Shown one piece after another: positions 12,501-25,872 of a stretch of DNA of 64,000 bases; the first letter of the stretch is position 1, and each line of letters begins with the position of its first letter. Both the position numbers and the translations under genes were made by a program. Below the pieces are notes generated by a model. It did not search any database and was not told where the DNA came from. It was given only the letters and a program-made list of their open reading frames with translations. The stretch is from Tubiluchus corallicola (taxonomy: Eukaryota > Animalia > Priapulida). The stretch is taken from contig JAQGDQ010000167.1 of the NCBI GenBank assembly GCA_030141605.1, positions 211,877 through 275,876 of the forward strand. The letters are read 5' to 3'.

Positions 12501-13512
12501 ATCATATTGACTACCGTATATACTCGCATATAAGCCGAATTTAGAACTATAAAATACAATACTGAAATCAGGGGGTCGGCTTATATACGCATGAAACAAA
12601 ATGAACACAAGGACAGACACTAATGCCAATTTTCCAGCCACACATTTTCATCGCTATCTGACTCTGGGTTTTCAAAAGTACGTTATTGATCAAAGAAAGG
12701 CTGGTGACAAAATATTTTCTCTTTAATCATATCAAAATGTATAATTTCTTCTAGTATGTAACATAAAAGTAAGCATTTTACATCTTTATAGTAAAAAATT
12801 TCTATGAACTAAAAATACCCAATTAACAAAATGTGACAAAAAGGGATCAATTTTGTTGATTGGGTATGGAGTAAAATTAGACAAGTTGATGGTCGGCTTA
12901 TATACGGGTTTTTGCAAAAACTGGCCATTTTAAAGCAGTTTTAGGGGGTCGGCTTATACGCGATGTAGGCTTATATGCGAGTATATACGGTAATTAAATT
13001 AAGCCTCTCTAAGTCAAGTTATTAGTTTAGAAGACTTAATTACAGATTGTGGATCTCTGGTTCAGATCCAGATTTCTTTTTCTGACATTTTCATTGTTCA
13101 ATGAATGTTTGATTTTAGAATTTTATAAATGTAGGTTTGTTTCGTTATTAATTAATAACCTTGAAATAATTTGCAATTATGAATGTGACTTATTAGTGAT
13201 TTTTATGCTATTATTGAGTCTGTGACATTTTTATTTTTTAAAATCAAATATTTTAGTTCTGCTTGTATTTATCAGTTTTCATACAGCCTGATTTTTGTAT
13301 ACAGATTTGAAAAACTGTTTGTTTTTTTCTTGCACTCGCAGAAGACATATTCTGAGTTTGAAATCCAAGGCGTACCAGAGTTTCAGCTTCGCTCAAAGAC
13401 GTACGAGATGATCTACAGACGCATGCAAGTAGAAGAAGCAAACGTACAATTGAAGATGGAGGGTGGGAGTAGCGAACGCATGTTTCCGTTGATGGATGAC
13501 GACGATTATTAG
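588..13512 (+). CDS. CADPS: Calcium-dependent secretion activator (CAPS/UNC-31), 3' part (MUN/MHD region to C-terminus); 5' end lies outside the window
   Basis: Manually joined exons: 588-694 ([36 protein letters not shown]), 5175-5331 ([52 protein letters not shown]), 6270-6411 ([39 protein letters not shown]), 6977-7142 ([42 protein letters not shown]), 7254-7355, 9625-9660, 10339-10413 ([12 protein letters not shown]), 11093-11203 (KLSRYDEGS), 11927-12091, 12309-12413 ([14 protein letters not shown]), 13342-13512 ([11 protein letters not shown]...DDDDY*). Phases are consistent and the peptides are recognisable CAPS motifs. Confidence 0.96.
1737..1944. mobile_element. Small MITE-like element
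   Basis: Imperfect TIRs AGGGCTGATCTGTG / CACAGGTCAGCCCC; no clear TSD. Confidence 0.4.
2084..2095 (+). CDS. CADPS: Candidate 12-nt CAPS microexon (AFKA)
   Basis: ttcgttag|GCTTTCAAAGCG|gtgagt. Phase 0/0 matches the host intron (695-5174), the donor is consensus, and upstream sequence is TGC/TTG-rich. Confidence 0.65.
5423..6020. repeat. Minisatellite, 56-bp unit, ~10 copies, in a CAPS intron
   Basis: Unit GGAAGTARTCCCTTTATTTTGTGTCATGGACTAAAACAGCAAGGCTYAAATAATGY, degenerating at the 3' end. Confidence 0.95.
8525..8813. repeat. Minisatellite, ~62-bp unit, ~5 copies
   Basis: GTACATTAGTGCTG...GCTACAATRTTCACTTTTCAAAATGCTCTAA repeated. Confidence 0.9.
8820..9480 (-). mobile_element. Possible highly decayed LINE ORF2 remnant
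   Basis: Strand-skewed tract (A-rich on minus) with interrupted coding-like character; no intact diagnostic motif. Confidence 0.3.
10560..11060. repeat. Minisatellite, 46-bp unit, ~11 copies, with internal inverted repeat
   Basis: CCTCATTTGTGGTAAACTAGTGTTTCTAGTTGGACTAGTAAGTTAG repeated; contains AACTAG-N5-CTAGTT. Confidence 0.95.
12514..12990. mobile_element. Tc/mariner-superfamily (pogo/Tc2-like) MITE
   Basis: Perfect 23-bp TIR CCGTATATACTCGCATATAAGCC, TA on both flanks, subterminal GGTCGGCTTATA repeats. Confidence 0.92.
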
Positions 13513-15699
13513 TTATAATGATGCGCTGTCTTCTCGTTGTGGGTGGCGTGCTAGATCTTGTAGCTAGGGTATTTTAGATATTCCTTTTTAAGTTTGGGTT
13601 GGGTAGTTAATGTTTTTCAACCTTAAATTTTTGGTAAACTATGTAGATTTGAGCTGCATTTTGATTGATGAGCAAAAGCTGTGTGAAACTGTTGTGACGT
13701 TGTAAAGTCATTCACATCGATCAAAGCATTCATTCGCTATGATTGCTAAATTGTTTTCCGCTTGTCTTGCCTATGCTCATACCGAATCAACGTGGCAACC
13801 CTAAACTGCGTTTTTTTGAGAAGAGCAAATTGAAGAAAACTGAGATAGGGTAAATGTTGAATCATATTATCATTGTAGACCAATTTGCAGTTTATCATAG
13901 GCTTTCAAGTAAAAAGTCAGTGTATTTGCTGATGTAGGTAGTGCCTGATTTGAACGATAACTTGTAAATATTTTGTTTGTTTTTCTCAATAACTTGTACG
14001 TAGCTATTGTATTTTATGGGCTTTATTCTCTTGTTTGAACGTGGGTAAATCTTGGCATGTGTAACGTATAGTGGCTCCGTCTGTTGTCAATCAATGTAAT
14101 TGTGGTATCATTGTTCCCGACATTCCGTATTTTACATACATAGTTGATAATTAAGCTTTATTGTTTTTAATGTTGGCTGCAATAATTTATCCAAAGATCT
14201 TTTTCATTTTCCGCAATATTTAAATATATTTCATATTACAGATGTTCTATTATATTTAAAAGGTTTATTTATAATTATGACTTGCGTATACATGAATTTT
14301 ATTGGCCTGTTATAATTACTGTATTTGTAAGTGAATGCATTTTTGTGATGTGCAAATGCGTAACATTTGCAATCTTTTGAAATCTAGTCAGTTAAGTCAT
14401 GTACGTTTTGTCCTATATTTTTTTCAAAATCTTGGTAGGAGTAGCTTTATGATGTTATTTCCATAGTTGATCGCGATGGTGGATTTTCTTGTATAAACGA
14501 TTGCTTGTATGTAACAAGCGACACCATTGGTCGCTTCGCTGACAGTAACGGCAACACGACGCCAGTAGTGGGGATCGAAGAAAACAGAAAGTCATTCTTT
14601 ACTGAGCTTTGTTAATATGCATTGTTTGTTATTATGGAGTTTGTTTTTGTTTGCTGATACGTTGGAATTGAATTTGAAATGTTTACGATAGTTATGGACG
14701 TACCTTACTACCTTCTAGGCAATTGCTGATGGGCGAAGTTCATCATTATTTCGCACTTTCAAACTTTCTGTCGTAAATCCATATTTAAAAGATTTTCTTG
14801 CTCCACTTTCAAGATGTAGAATCATGAACAATTACTAAAGTTTGGCAAAATTGCTAAGCTTTGAACAGCCCTTTTACGATGTGGCAATAAGCACAATCTT
14901 CAAATTATGATTTCTGCTGCTAGAGTCTTTACTCAGTGCACTAATCAAACGAAACGGTTTTGTATTTTCTGTTACAGGAATACTACAAACATTCGTTTTT
15001 CGGCAGCATTTTTTAAGTAGATTTTAGTATACTATTACTTGCAGTGCAACTTCTCTTAGCTGTGCAATGAATTGTTTTGTTGATATTAATAATACGTAAG
15101 AAACGGTCATCTATTTCTTAGTATCTTTGGCAATTAACGTGCCGCTGCGGATAGTGTATTTTCGAATTGCAGAACTGTACTGTACTTTATTGAATTAATA
15201 TTGCCCGGTCATAAGTCAAAACTTTTCTGGCAGCAAGCATAATTATTGACACTATTAATGTACAACTAAATAGCTAGATGGAGTAGACATAGAAGCAATA
15301 CCAAAGATTGTCAGAGGTAGCTATAAATACTAACATCATCAGTAATTTGCTTGCGGTAAAGGAAAATTTGGCGCAAGTTTTAACCATAAACCAAGATTTG
15401 TTGGCATAGGTTTGAATTTCCGTGTTATTGTTAGTAAATCTCTGCGTACTGTTATGTTACTATACAATGAGTATGAGTGTGCATTTAAATATCTGTAGCT
15501 GGGTTCAGGCTCAAAAAGTTGTGGCACCCTGCTAGTTGTGCGGTACGAGTTTAGTTATAACGCAATTTGCTGTTTAATAGCCATGATAGGTACTGTCCAT
15601 TGTAGTCTGGATCTGTGTAGTATTTTGCTGACCCGTCCGGTCACTGTTCATAATAGCCACATTTTTTGCCTTTTGTGTGTATATTAACCCGTGTGTTGA

Positions 15700-15705
15700 A
15701 ATAAA
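15700..15705 (+). promoter_or_regulatory. Candidate CAPS polyadenylation signal
   Basis: AATAAA at the end of a ~2.2 kb T/G-rich 3'UTR-like tract, near where strand base skew changes. Confidence 0.45.
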
Positions 15706-15892
15706 TAAGCTGAACAAGGCACACTAACATACAAACATTGCGTTAAGGGTTTTATTAACCGTATTTTTTTAATTATTATTAGTTTCATTTAACAATTAAG
15801 ACAAAAATATAGCTGCAGTAGAAGTACGTTACCAATAACATTATCTATGGCTAATTCGAGTCATAGATGCAACCAATTCATCCGTTATTGGC

Positions 15893-16275
15893 AAGGTGAG
15901 TATTCTCTACCAGAAGGCGAATTCGATTCAAAATTGAGTTTATGACTTTCAAATTGAATCAAACTGAATTTCAGCAATTTGAATCCGAATCAAATTGGTT
16001 TTAAAGATTTTCAAATTACTGATGAAAAGCGGTCTCACAAAGATCATGCACGATGCCTGATTCTGTTTTGTACTAAAAACACTAATAATTAGTTTAGATA
16101 TTGTGCACAAATCACAGCTAAATTCTTCTGATTGCCTAATGTTTTAAACGTTTTCTGATAAAGAATGTATGTAGTTGATGTGCTGCATAATTCGAATCTA
16201 TAATTTCAGCTTCGAATCAAATTCGAACTAAAAAAACTCGTTCAAATCAAATCCGATCATTCGATGCTCATCTTG
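15893..16275 (-). mobile_element. hAT-like MITE, family A, inverted relative to the copies at 25724 and 62519
   Basis: Shares TTCGAAT-rich subterminal blocks and the end GAATTCGCYTTCTGGTAGAGAATRCTCACC with the other copies. Confidence 0.75.
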
Positions 16276-17639
16276 GTGTCTCGTACTGTCAAGGAAAACA
16301 ATCTTGTCAAATGGATGTCCCTCCTTCATACAGATTGTACTAGACTTTTTAGATACCACTTGCAGCTCTGATGTCATTACCGCGTTTTTTCAATTTAATG
16401 AGTTTGACAATAACATGAGGCTACAGATTAAGCTATATCGTCAGTTTAATTTCTATAATTGTATTTAAAAAGCTGCTGCAATCCTGAAAATAATGCATTT
16501 CGGAATGAGTTGCATTAGAAAGATTTGGATTTCAAAAATCATACCACTTGTTCACTGTACAACAAACGTTTTTTAAAATCCTATAATCACATTGTCAATT
16601 ATTAAAAAGTGATTGTCAACATGAACAACACCACCCCCCCCCCCCACGCCCAACCCAAGGGAAAATGTGTTTCCTCTACAGATCGTGCTGACACTGATGC
16701 TATACGTTTTGCAGCTTTTCTTAGCGAAGAAAGTAAAAAAGTTAAATGAACACAATGCCACCTATTGTAGATTTATTTTAAAAATGGAAAAAATTGCTGT
16801 GTGATTCAGTAATTATACTCAAATTATTTGAAAAAAAATTCATAATTAGTTAAATCATCACTAGCTATTAAACATCAAAAAAGAGATTGTCAGATGAAAA
16901 AATTTTCAGAAGCATTGCTTTTTGAAAAAGGCTAAACAATTTAATTCTGCCCACAGATCATGACATTGGCAAGAGCACTTTTAAAAGTTACATGAATAGT
17001 CAAAATAGTAGTACAGTAACATGTGTGTAATCGTAAGCCAACTCACAAATGTGCAAATTTACAACAGTGAAACATATATATATAATATTGTAACTACCAT
17101 ATATATATAAGCTACAGCAGTTATTGAACATTGCAAACAAATGAGCCATGGCACCAAGACTTTTATAACATAACAGACTTTTACCGACGAGAAGATAGCA
17201 AAAAATCATAACAGTGCAGTTGCCTTCAGTGCATTCATGAACACAACTGTAGTTGTTCGTATTTTGGAAAATTCTGCTTTCCAGTAAATTGCAGACTTAC
17301 AAGCTGTGTGAGGCAGAAAAGGAAATCTAGAGATCCCAGGCCAGAAGATGATCACAAATCAATAGAAAGCTGTTAAGCTGATGTTACATTACAATGCTTG
17401 CTCGTTCTGTCAGTGGCACTGCAGTACAAGGAGTTGTCTCCAAAACAGTTTAAGCACAAGAAAACCCTCAACTTACACAAAGCTTAAAAAATTCATCTTG
17501 AAATTTTATACAACTTACATACTGGACTAACATAACTCCCGTAATGACCGTTAGATGAAGCCATTTTGACAATAAGTCATCTGAAGCATGTTTAGATAAT
17601 ACTGTGCAGAGCATTCGTATCGCAAACCTCACTAACTAA

Positions 17640-18020
17640 AAGATAGTGAGTGGTGCACCCTGGAGGGTGAGTCAACAACATTTTACCAATTGGTGAAAGC
17701 ATTTTAAGTAATGAAATATTTTCTTTTCTAGTTACAAAAGTCTTTTAAGCAGGTAAGTGAAATGCTAAGTAATATAATTTTACATGGAAAGTTTTTTGGG
17801 ACATAGTTTAACATTATCTTTTCTTCCCCTGATTTACGTTGACCATAGGTGACGTCATGTAATGGCACTTCGGAACAGCATAGCGGGAAATTTAAAATGA
17901 AAACAACAAAAAATTCTTTTGACGTGAGTACTATATACGCATAAAATTGCTATAAAGTAATATAATTTTTAAGGTGATTTTTCTGAAACGTACTTCAGAT
18001 ACCCCTTTTCTTGTCCTTCA
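17640..18020 (+). repeat. Dispersed repeat; inverted homologue at ~43185-43510
   Basis: TAGTGAGTGGTGCACCCTGGAGGGT...CATTTTACCAATTGGTGAAA is the reverse complement of ~43450-43505; similarity continues to GATTTTTCTGAAAC. Confidence 0.75.
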
Positions 18021-18369
18021 AAGGAAGTTTCTATGAGAAACAAAAGCAAACACTTGTGAAGGCACAAAACAGATGCTGCTAAGCACAATTAATAAAGTTC
18101 TATAACTCATAGGTATACAGTTCTACCCATGTAATGAAAACTGACCACAAATAACGTTACCTAAACGTGAAACATTTAAACCAGTAAAACTTTTCTGCCA
18201 AACTAGAATATTTTCAAATCTTTGTACACAGACCCTATGATACATTTACAAACAGATTTCCCCATACTTGAAAGTAGACTATTACATAATAGTTATTTGC
18301 TAATGAAACATAAACAGGCTTCTCTAACAACAAAGTAAACGATACATAATTAGACAAATTTGTCCAAGG

Positions 18370-21300
18370 TTACGTTACTGGTGCTGACTTATCTAGTGAT
18401 TCTGCTTCTTTTGGTTCTGGTTGAACTGGTTCGCCACTTTCGGGAGACTGCAAAGGTGTTTCGGGGGTTGATGTCGGACTTTCCTGAGCATCCAAACTTG
18501 GCCATCCTTCCCCTTCTATTTCCACTTTTAGCAAGCGCTCATTTAGTGCTTTTAATGCTTTTTGTCTATGAAATAAAAAATAATACAGTAAGACCAAAGA
18601 GTTGCTATGACATTTCTAGCTCGAAATAAATAAATACTTTGTACGACACAAGATTTCCGTAATCACGGGTCTATTTTTAGGTAAAATCTCGAGTTTTAAC
18701 GACCAATTCCTGGAACTGGAACATGGCTTTAGAAGAACTTATTCACGCTGTTCATGCATTAACAAGATGGCTTCTGATAGCCTACCATTTTTGCGCAATG
18801 AAAGTATTATGTAACTTACAGCTGTCTTCTGATTGGCCAAGCACAGTGACAAACACAAGCCATAGTGTCGAGCTTGGTTAACTTACCTGTAATACCTGGA
18901 CCATATGTATATCTTATTTACAAAGTAAAACAATGAAGACAAAAACAAAAATTATCATAGCTACCTATGATACCTGCCACTATCCTAGAAGGTCTTGGCT
19001 TCAAGTCCCAGCTGTGGTGCAAAACTCTTTCAGACTTTCTGATTTAGTATGGTCTGGGTTCGACTCCCAGTGGAGGTGCAAAATTTTTCAGACTATCTAA
19101 TTTAATACTGTTTTCCTGATTTATGTGATAATATTAAAGGAATTATTGAATAATGCAGAAAACTGATTCTGCGAAGCTAACCTAAGCCTACCTTCGTCTT
19201 TCTGCATCCTGCGCGTCAACACCGGGCAAACTAATTGTAATACTAGATGGCGCTCCCACATCATATTTTCTCACGACTTTCTTACACACGTGAAGTTTCA
19301 CAAGCAAAGAGTAGATTGTGTTTGCAATGACGGCAATGAATGGTTGAATTACGTCCGGGAAAAAACTGAAATGACAGCAAACAAGTCACATCATTAGAGT
19401 TGCTAGTGTTATATGGTTGCAGCAGATGTCAGACAGTTAATACAGTTTATTATTATTTTTTCGTTTTCAGGTAAAATTTAAATTAACGTGAAACCATCAA
19501 GTATGTACATTGTAAACAGTTTAACAAACATTTATAATCAAGTGACAATAACCAGTGATTACTACAAACATTTAATGCAATTTTGTTGTGACTGACTCAC
19601 CATCACAGAACAAAAAAAGAGAAAAATATTGTTGTAAAAAATCTAAATGTTTTCTGAAAGGACGTGGAAAGATAACATATAATTTCATAAAAGGAGAAAA
19701 TTATTATGCTGTAGCCTTAACAATCAATGTTAAGCAATGCAAGACCTGGTCAGTAAAGTAAAATGGATGGGTGACTACTGAGGAAACGAAAACCTACATA
19801 AAGTTCATGAATATAATAATAATATAGAATAATTATAGAATACAGAATAATTTCCAACGGTACTACAACTTGCCAAGACATAGACATAGACATAGACATA
19901 GACATAGACATAGAACATTTATTTTCTCCATTTGTTTGACATGACAAGTTTTTTTAGTTATTACTTAATTATAGTAGTGGAGCAGGGCAGGGAAGGACCA
20001 TAGGGTCATCTAGTCTCCTGCCCTGTCTAATAATTAAATTAGTATATTAAAAGTAAATGGTGAGACTGCGGATAACAAAATCAAATAGGAAAAAAAAATA
20101 ATAATAATAAACAGTATAAATGAAAACAAAGTATAAATGAAAACAGTATAAGTGAAAACAAAAAATAATAAAGTTAGATGACACCAAAATCTAAACAAAA
20201 CAATACAAGTAATTATGATTATTATATATATTTTCATATAGGGGCCTTATTGACAGGGGATTTTGACTGTATGGAGAGATAAAATAAGTATCAAAAAAAA
20301 AAGTGTAATATAGAAAATTTAAGAGAAAAAGTAAGTATAAGAAAGAGCAACAATTACTTAGGAGATGAGAAGAAAAAAACACACTTGTTAGCTTGCTTAT
20401 TAGTCTTACAAGTTATGTATTACAGGTATATTCATTTAGTAAGAATTTTGTGTATTTTTTGGAAGCAGAAAATAAGCTACCGCCAAAGGTATCTTTTGGC
20501 AATGAGTTCCATCATTTAACTCCTCGTGATTTTAAGCTATTGAAACCATGTCGGGTAAAAAATCTCTCCACAAAATACTGTTCATTAGAAGCAGCTCTTG
20601 TGGAGTAGGAATGTATATCAGAAACATTAGTGAAATATTCTCTAAAAAGTTCGGGTAATAAACCAGCATTGAATTTATACATAAATTTGAACAACTCAAG
20701 ATTGTAAATATCTCTTACTTTTAAAATTTTTAATTTTACGAACGATGGTGTAGCATGATCATATTTGCGAGCAAAAGTTATTAATTTTACTATTTTGTTT
20801 TGTTGTGTCTGTATTAATTTTTGAGTTGATGCAAAAGCTGTACCCCATGTTAAGATGGAATATTGTAAATAAGGGAAAACAAACGAATTATATAGAAGTT
20901 TCAGAATATATTGGTCAACGTAGTGCCTTACTTTTAAAATTATTCCAGTAATTCGACTTAATTTGTATGTTATGTGTTTTATATGTGGTTCCCATGTTAA
21001 TTTATTATCAATGAGTAGGCCCAAGTATTTGATGTTGTCTGTTTCTTCAATTTTGTGTTTGTTTATTATAATATGAAATTTTGGATTATTAGCATTGTTA
21101 ATTTGCTTATTGTTGATTATCATAAATTTGGTTTTTTTGTAGTTAATTGATAGCTGGTTTGCCCTCATCCACAGGTCTATTTTTTTCATTTCGTAATTTA
21201 ACAGATTTTTGCAGATTATTTATATTGGAGTCAGACATGAACAAATTAGTGTCATCGGCAAATATTCGGGTTCGAAAGTTGCTGCATGTGGGAAGATCGT

Positions 21301-24300
21301 TAATATAAATTAAGAATAGAAGAGGTCCTAAATTAGAGCCTTGTGGCACTCCACACGATATGTGTTTATAGTCTGATGATACATTGTTAATAGATATGAA
21401 TTGTTTTCTGTTAGTTAGATATGACTGAATTAGTTGCAAAGGTAGACCTCTGATGCCATCATAATGGTTTAATTTGGCTATTAGTATACTATGCTGTACG
21501 GTATCAAAAGCTTTTGATAAGTCTAAAAATATTCCGCAGTTCAGTAATTTTTTGTCAGTGTCTAGAGAGATCATGTCTATTAATTCGGATACAGCAAGGG
21601 CAGTTGAATAATTTTTTCTGAAACCAAACTGGTATTTACTTAGGATATTACTTTTCACAACAAACTGGTATAATCTCTTGTAAATTAGCCTCTCAAAAAC
21701 TTTTGATACTGGTGATAAGAGAGATATTGGTCTGTAATTGCCAGGTTCATGTGGAGAGCCAGTTTTATATAAAGGAATAACTTTTGCTATTTTTAATATG
21801 TTTGGAAAAGTTCCAGCATTAACCGATTTATTAAACAGTAATGTGAGTATTGGTGAAATAATTTGACTTGCAGATTTAAAAAAAGATATTGGTATATTTT
21901 GTGGTCCTGGTGATTTGTTTGAATTAAGTGTGTTTAAAAGTGTGCATGTTTCATTTTCAGTAATAGGATTAATGAAAAAAGAATTTGGGTTAGGGTTTTT
22001 TTAAAAAGTCAGTAAAATTAACGTTAGGTTTAGGTATTTTGGCAGCCATGTCAGGTCCTATATTTACAAAAAACTCATTTAGTTTACTGGCAATATCATA
22101 TGTATCTGTATAGTCCACATTATTTATTGTTAACTTACTTGGTGTTTGTCGCGTTTTTGGATCAGTTTTTATAATACTGTTTATTGTTTCCCAAGTTTTT
22201 TTCATGTTATTCTTGTGTTTTTGCAATGTTTCAGTGTAATATTGTTTTTTTGATGATTCCTTGACATGATTTAATTTATTTGAGTAGGATTTGTAGTAGA
22301 TTTGTTTGTATAAATTATTTGAGAGTTTGTGTGATTTGTAAAGACGTGATCTGGTTTTAATACTATTTAAAATTCCTTTAGTGATCCATGGTTTTTGAAA
22401 TGTAATAGTGTCTTTCCTAGACAGAGTTTGCAAAGGAAAATGATTATTAAACACATTGAAGAGTATTTCATTAAATTTGCTAAATCCCTCATTAGTTTCC
22501 AAGTCATTAAAATTTATTTTGGCTAATTCTAGCTGCAGGTTATTTAAAAAATTTTGTTCAGTTGAATTTTTAAAATTTCTTGTGGTGATTTTGTTGGATT
22601 TCATTTTCAGTTTAGTATGCTTTATAATTGCAAATATAGGAAGATGGTCGGCTACTTGATAAAGCAAAATTCCAGGTGTTACGTGGTTGGTGAGGTCATT
22701 TGTATAAATATGATCAATGAGTGTATTAGTGTGATGAGTTATTCTTGTTGGTTTAGTTATAATTGGCACAAAATTATTAGAGAATAACATGTTTGTATAA
22801 TTTGTCACTGAGGTTTTGCTGTCACTATGTAGTAAGTTAATATTTATGTCACCGCATATATAGCAAAATTTGTTAGTTCTGTTAATTAAGGATAATATGC
22901 TTTCTAGTTCTTCATGAAATTCTTCAAGGTTAGTATTTGGGTGCCTGTAGATGACTCCAAATAAAATGTTTTTGATGTTGGGTGGAGTTTCTATTCCAAG
23001 GTCTAGAGTATGTATTACAGATTGATTAGGAAGCTGAACAAATTCATACTATTGTACGTCACATTAAACTTACAAGGATCTGGCTATTACTGTTGCACGA
23101 ATAAATCACACAACAGTCAGATAAGATAAATCACTCAAGTTTCATGCAGTGATAGCCAACGATGGGCTCACCAGTATTACCACGCAAAGCCGCTACTAAT
23201 AACACATATTTCGATGAACATACCAACAGTAGTGTTATAGTTATCAATATTGCTTTCTATCTTAGTATTTTGTATGTTTACTGAGTTATGAGTGACCTGA
23301 AATATAGTTTTAAGAAATTCTGAAATAATCCATAAAGTTTTTGAGTAAGTAGTAACATAATGATGTCACTTTTTGATGGATTCATTTTAAATAAATAAGT
23401 ATGCCATTAAATTATTGCATCTGAGCACTTCTTCCAGTTGCAACTTAAATGACTTTATTCTGGCTTTTATCAATGACCACAAGCTTTGTTAGCAATTAAG
23501 TCAGTTGACTGCACAAAAATGTGTAGTTTTCATCATGGTGAAACTGAAATACTGAAAAATTATTCAAGCTGAGCAAAGGGAACAATAAGCTTTAATCTAA
23601 TGTCTGAAACCATTATGAAACTTAATACATAGTGAACCAAGTAGTCATTTTTCACATTAAAAATCCAAAAAAGGAAATAATTTCGACCAAAGAAAAGCAA
23701 ATTAAAACCTTTACCTGGAAAATGAAAAATTGTCTGCCATATCTCCCCTTGTGCCATTGCTATGCCGTTGATAAAAGCGCAAATATATCCAAGTGCTCAG
23801 AAGTCCTGTGCCAAACATTATTGGGTAAACACTTCGTAAAAGCCCTGCCAAGTACAGCAGTGTTACCAACATTAACACAGTAACAGGCACGTGCTTGTTT
23901 CTGAATTTACCAAATGGCAATGTTACAAGAATGTGATCAGGCATTACTTGTCGGACTGCAACTGAAACACCAGCGATGTATCCCACAAGTCCATGGATAT
24001 GAACAGCAAACAAAAAGAATGTATTAAACGTGCACATATAGACAAATAAATACAGTAACGTTGACGCAAATGCTACACAAGTATTAATTAAGACAAAGAA
24101 AATAAGCATCTCCAAAGCGCCCCATAACGGTTCTAAGAGCTTTCCACACAAGCCTATCACACAAATGTCGATGATGACGTCCCAGAAATGCAATTCCATG
24201 AACGGGTAAGAAATCAAAGTCCATATCCAGAAATGTGGAGGAACTAGAAAACCAGGAGTAACACTAAGCGATTTAAATGCAATATCGCTAAAAGAGATAA

Positions 24301-24421
24301 AGTACCCGAGTGCAACTGTTACACATATTGACTTAACCACAACGCTACTGTTATGAAATGCTGCCAAAAACTGTTCTTTAACGTACATAAAATTATTTCT
24401 TAACATTATGGAAGGCGCCAT
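18370..24421 (-). CDS. TMEM115: Transmembrane protein 115 (rhomboid-like Golgi protein, DUF1751)
   Basis: Coding exons 24421-23715 (...VTPGFLVPPHFWIWTL...CGKLLEPLWGALEMLIFF...WIYLRFYQRHSNGTRGDMADNFSFS), 19365-19192 (FFPDVIQP...VRKYDVGAPSSITISLPGVDAQDAERRR) and 18565-18370 (QKALKALNERL...WPSLD). Both introns are GT-AG phase 2, and the motifs are characteristic of TMEM115. Confidence 0.95.
19876..23005 (-). mobile_element. 5'-truncated non-LTR retrotransposon (CR1/L2-like LINE) in a TMEM115 intron
   Basis: C-terminal part of an APE endonuclease (GVIYRHP, ICGDININLL, TLIDHIYTN), then RT (NYRPISLL, QFGFRK, FLDLSKAFDTV, GVPQGSNLGPLLFLIYINDL, IFADD, KYLGLLID). Two frameshifts near 22000 and 21198. 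The 3'UTR has a stem-loop (~19983-20025), AATAAA and a (TATGTC)n tail at ~19877-19913. Confidence 0.93.
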
Positions 24422-25300
24422 ATTGCTTGTTGGCAGTGCTAGCCGCAGCGCAACCTATTATCTGAAACAAGACGTTTAGTAACAGATCATTTTTCAAGCC
24501 CTTAAGAATCGCGAAAATATGCATTAGTTTATCACTCTGAGTCGTGTGACTGTAAGCAGTTAATAGACATTGAACTTTACGTTGCATTCTGCATAGTGTT
24601 ATAAAACTAGCAAAACTATCAGAGACTGGGTTGTGAGAAGTATGGAAGTTCAACCAATGCAACATCCCTAGCATTACTTAAGTAAAATGCATGAGCTGAG
24701 CTTTATTAATTGCTTTATAGGTTAAATGGGCACATGCAAAACAGCAAAAATTTTAATAATAATAGATCTGATTTGATTTACCTGTACACCAAAAGAACAT
24801 GATAATTAGGCTCCTGGATAGCTATCTATAAAATGAGAATCTCTCAACATAAGATAAAAGCCATTTCTTGGAAACACTACTGCTACTATATGGTTTTGCT
24901 GTCAGTATAATTTATAATAAATAAATAAAACAAATTCACAGCATGCATATTATAAAAACTAAAAATCATTTAATGCGCACAAAATGGAAAAAATATAATA
25001 CAGTCAAAGCTTTTAATATGACAAAATATGAAACAAAGTTATTTTGTTCGTTGCTACTACTGCTTAAAATATTTAGAACATTGAATGAAAAATTTACAAA
25101 ATATGAAAAAAGCTGTGGCTATTTTGCTTTCTTTCTAGCAAGCATACATAGAGAAACTTGCAAATATCATCACAGTTTACATTCCAGTGTAAAGATTGAA
25201 TATACATTGTAAAAGTAATTAAAACAGACAAATAGACTATACACTAATATCATTCTAACAATTGAAAAATAAACGTGTGATCCTTAACAATTTTTAATAC

Positions 25301-25872
25301 ATGCATTTTATTAGCCTAATTTGGAAAAACTACATCAAAGCAGAAATGCATTATAGTCACAATTAAACCTTGTGCACTGGTTCAATCTTCATAATGAGTA
25401 TAGACTTCATTATTTTTTCAATAATTCACATTTACAGGCTTCTGCAATCACTAGAGGTGAGCATCAAACATTCGAGTTCAAACGTTCAATTCGATTTGAG
25501 CCGAAAATTATATATTTGAACAATTCAGCACTTCAGCCATATATGTTCTCTGTCATTAGAATGTTTGAACATGCATTTTATTAGCCTAATTTGGAATCAT
25601 CATACATCAAAGTAGAAATGCATTATAGTCACTATTAAAGCTTGCGCACTGGTTGAATCTTCATAACGAGTATAGACTTCATTATTTTTTCAATAATTCA
25701 CATTTACAGGCTTCTGCAATCACTAGGGGTGAGCATCAAACATTCGAGTTCAAATGTTCAATTCGATTCGAAGGAGTTTTTTTTGTTTAAATTTGATTCG
25801 AGCCTAAAATTATATATTTGAATAATTTCAGCACTTCAGCCATGTATGTTCTCTGTCATAAGAATGTTTGAA
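25301..25872. repeat. Tandem duplication, ~270-bp period, including the left end of the family A MITE
   Basis: ATGCATTTTATTAGCCTAATTTGGAA starts at both 25301 and 25571; sequences are near-identical apart from a short deletion in copy 1. Confidence 0.9.

Noticed and set aside
19750-20382. Short hydrophobic or MSMSMS ORFs as peptides
   Set aside because: They are translations of the LINE's T-rich 3'UTR and (TATGTC)n tail.
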